DNA of 24,958 bases from a virus (lineage: Duplodnaviria; Caudoviricetes). The DNA is taken from IMG/VR virus record IMGVR_UViG_3300037522_000162, positions 1 through 24,958 of that record; one strand, written 5' to 3'. The stretch's first letter is position 1; each line of letters opens with the position of its first letter. Position numbers and translations under genes: made by a program. The notes under the pieces are model-generated. The model saw only the letters and a program-made list of their open reading frames with translations. It ran no database searches and was not told where the DNA came from. Shown here one piece after another: positions 24,665 to 24,958 of this stretch.

Positions 24665-24826
24665 ATGAAGCGCCTCATCGCCGCCGCCGCGCTCAGCTTC
24701 ATCGTGCTCGGCTCCGGCGCCACGATCGCCGACGCTGTCCCCGGCCCGGGCAACAGCAACCAGTGTGCCCCCGGCCAGCACGGAAACGACGAACCCGCAT
24801 TCCGCCCCGCCGCCTGCGACAAGTGA
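24665..24826 (+). CDS. Secreted peptide precursor, 53 aa, two Cys in mature part
   Basis: Not in ORF track. RBS GGAGGTG; MKRLIAAAALSFIVLGSGATIADA|VPGPGNSNQCAPGQHGNDEPAFRPAACDK*. Confidence 0.8.
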   Translation: MKRLIAAAALSFIVLGSGATIADAVPGPGNSNQCAPGQHGNDEPAFRPAACDK

Positions 24827-24840
24827 CCCCGACAACACAA

Positions 24841-24888
24841 GGCCCCGGCCACGCCACCCCCTAAGTGACGCCGCCGGGGCCGGTTTGT
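24841..24888 (+). terminator. Probable intrinsic terminator
   Basis: GGCCCCGGC (24841-24849) / GCCGGGGCC (24873-24881) followed by GGTTTGT; long loop and weak U-tract. Confidence 0.55.
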
Positions 24889-24958
24889 GCTGCCTAGGTG
24901 CGCCACTCTTCCCGCCAGCCCGGCCGCCCGGCGAGCGGCTGGGCCAGCAGGCGGATCG

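Larger units (their letters stand above)
1..24958 (+). mobile_element. Siphovirus/prophage structural and lysis region (HK97-type head, non-contractile tail), probably actinobacterial host
   Basis: Canonical terminase-portal-protease-capsid-neck-tail-tape measure order, tightly coupled genes with GGAGG-type RBSs, high GC; no sheath gene. No integrase or att site in window, so free phage versus prophage is unresolved. Confidence 0.95.

Noticed and set aside
9-24906. Many long minus-strand and alternative-frame ORFs in the track (e.g. 9..827, 8857..9852, 13977..15341, 19378..20388, 23564..24838)
   Set aside because: Shadow ORFs of GC-rich coding sequence: Arg/Pro/His-rich or antisense to clearly recognisable genes, no RBS or motifs.
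1-24958. tRNA, rRNA, integrase, att sites, introns or inteins
   Set aside because: No supporting motifs recognised; core genes are of normal length and uninterrupted.

Overview
The whole window is the late (virion and lysis) region of a high-GC siphovirus or prophage, most likely infecting an actinobacterium; no Lysin B gene is recognisable. Gene order on the + strand: 3' end of terminase large subunit, HK97-type portal, small ORF, prohead protease with an extra N-terminal module, major capsid protein, two head accessory genes, head-tail adaptor and stopper, tail terminator, major tail protein, tail assembly chaperone pair with a likely -1 frameshift, a displaced HK97 gp10-like gene, tape measure protein with a C-terminal M23 peptidase, and two tail-tip proteins. 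Next comes an expanded lysis cassette (acidic peptide, amidase endolysin, lytic transglycosylase, Zn-ribbon, TM coiled-coil, TM collagen, 2-TM peptide, r1t-type holin), then a second structural block of fibre/spike genes ending in a fibre-tail adaptor-like gene. Several small exported-protein genes are inserted, two of them antisense. The most striking observation is a fibronectin type III domain that appears split between two different fibre genes: strands A-F end one protein, and the missing G strand lies in register inside another protein built on the same 22-aa repeat. Together with short motifs shared between genes, this suggests a modular, strand-complementing fibre assembly system. All family calls come from motif recognition by eye; no searches were run.
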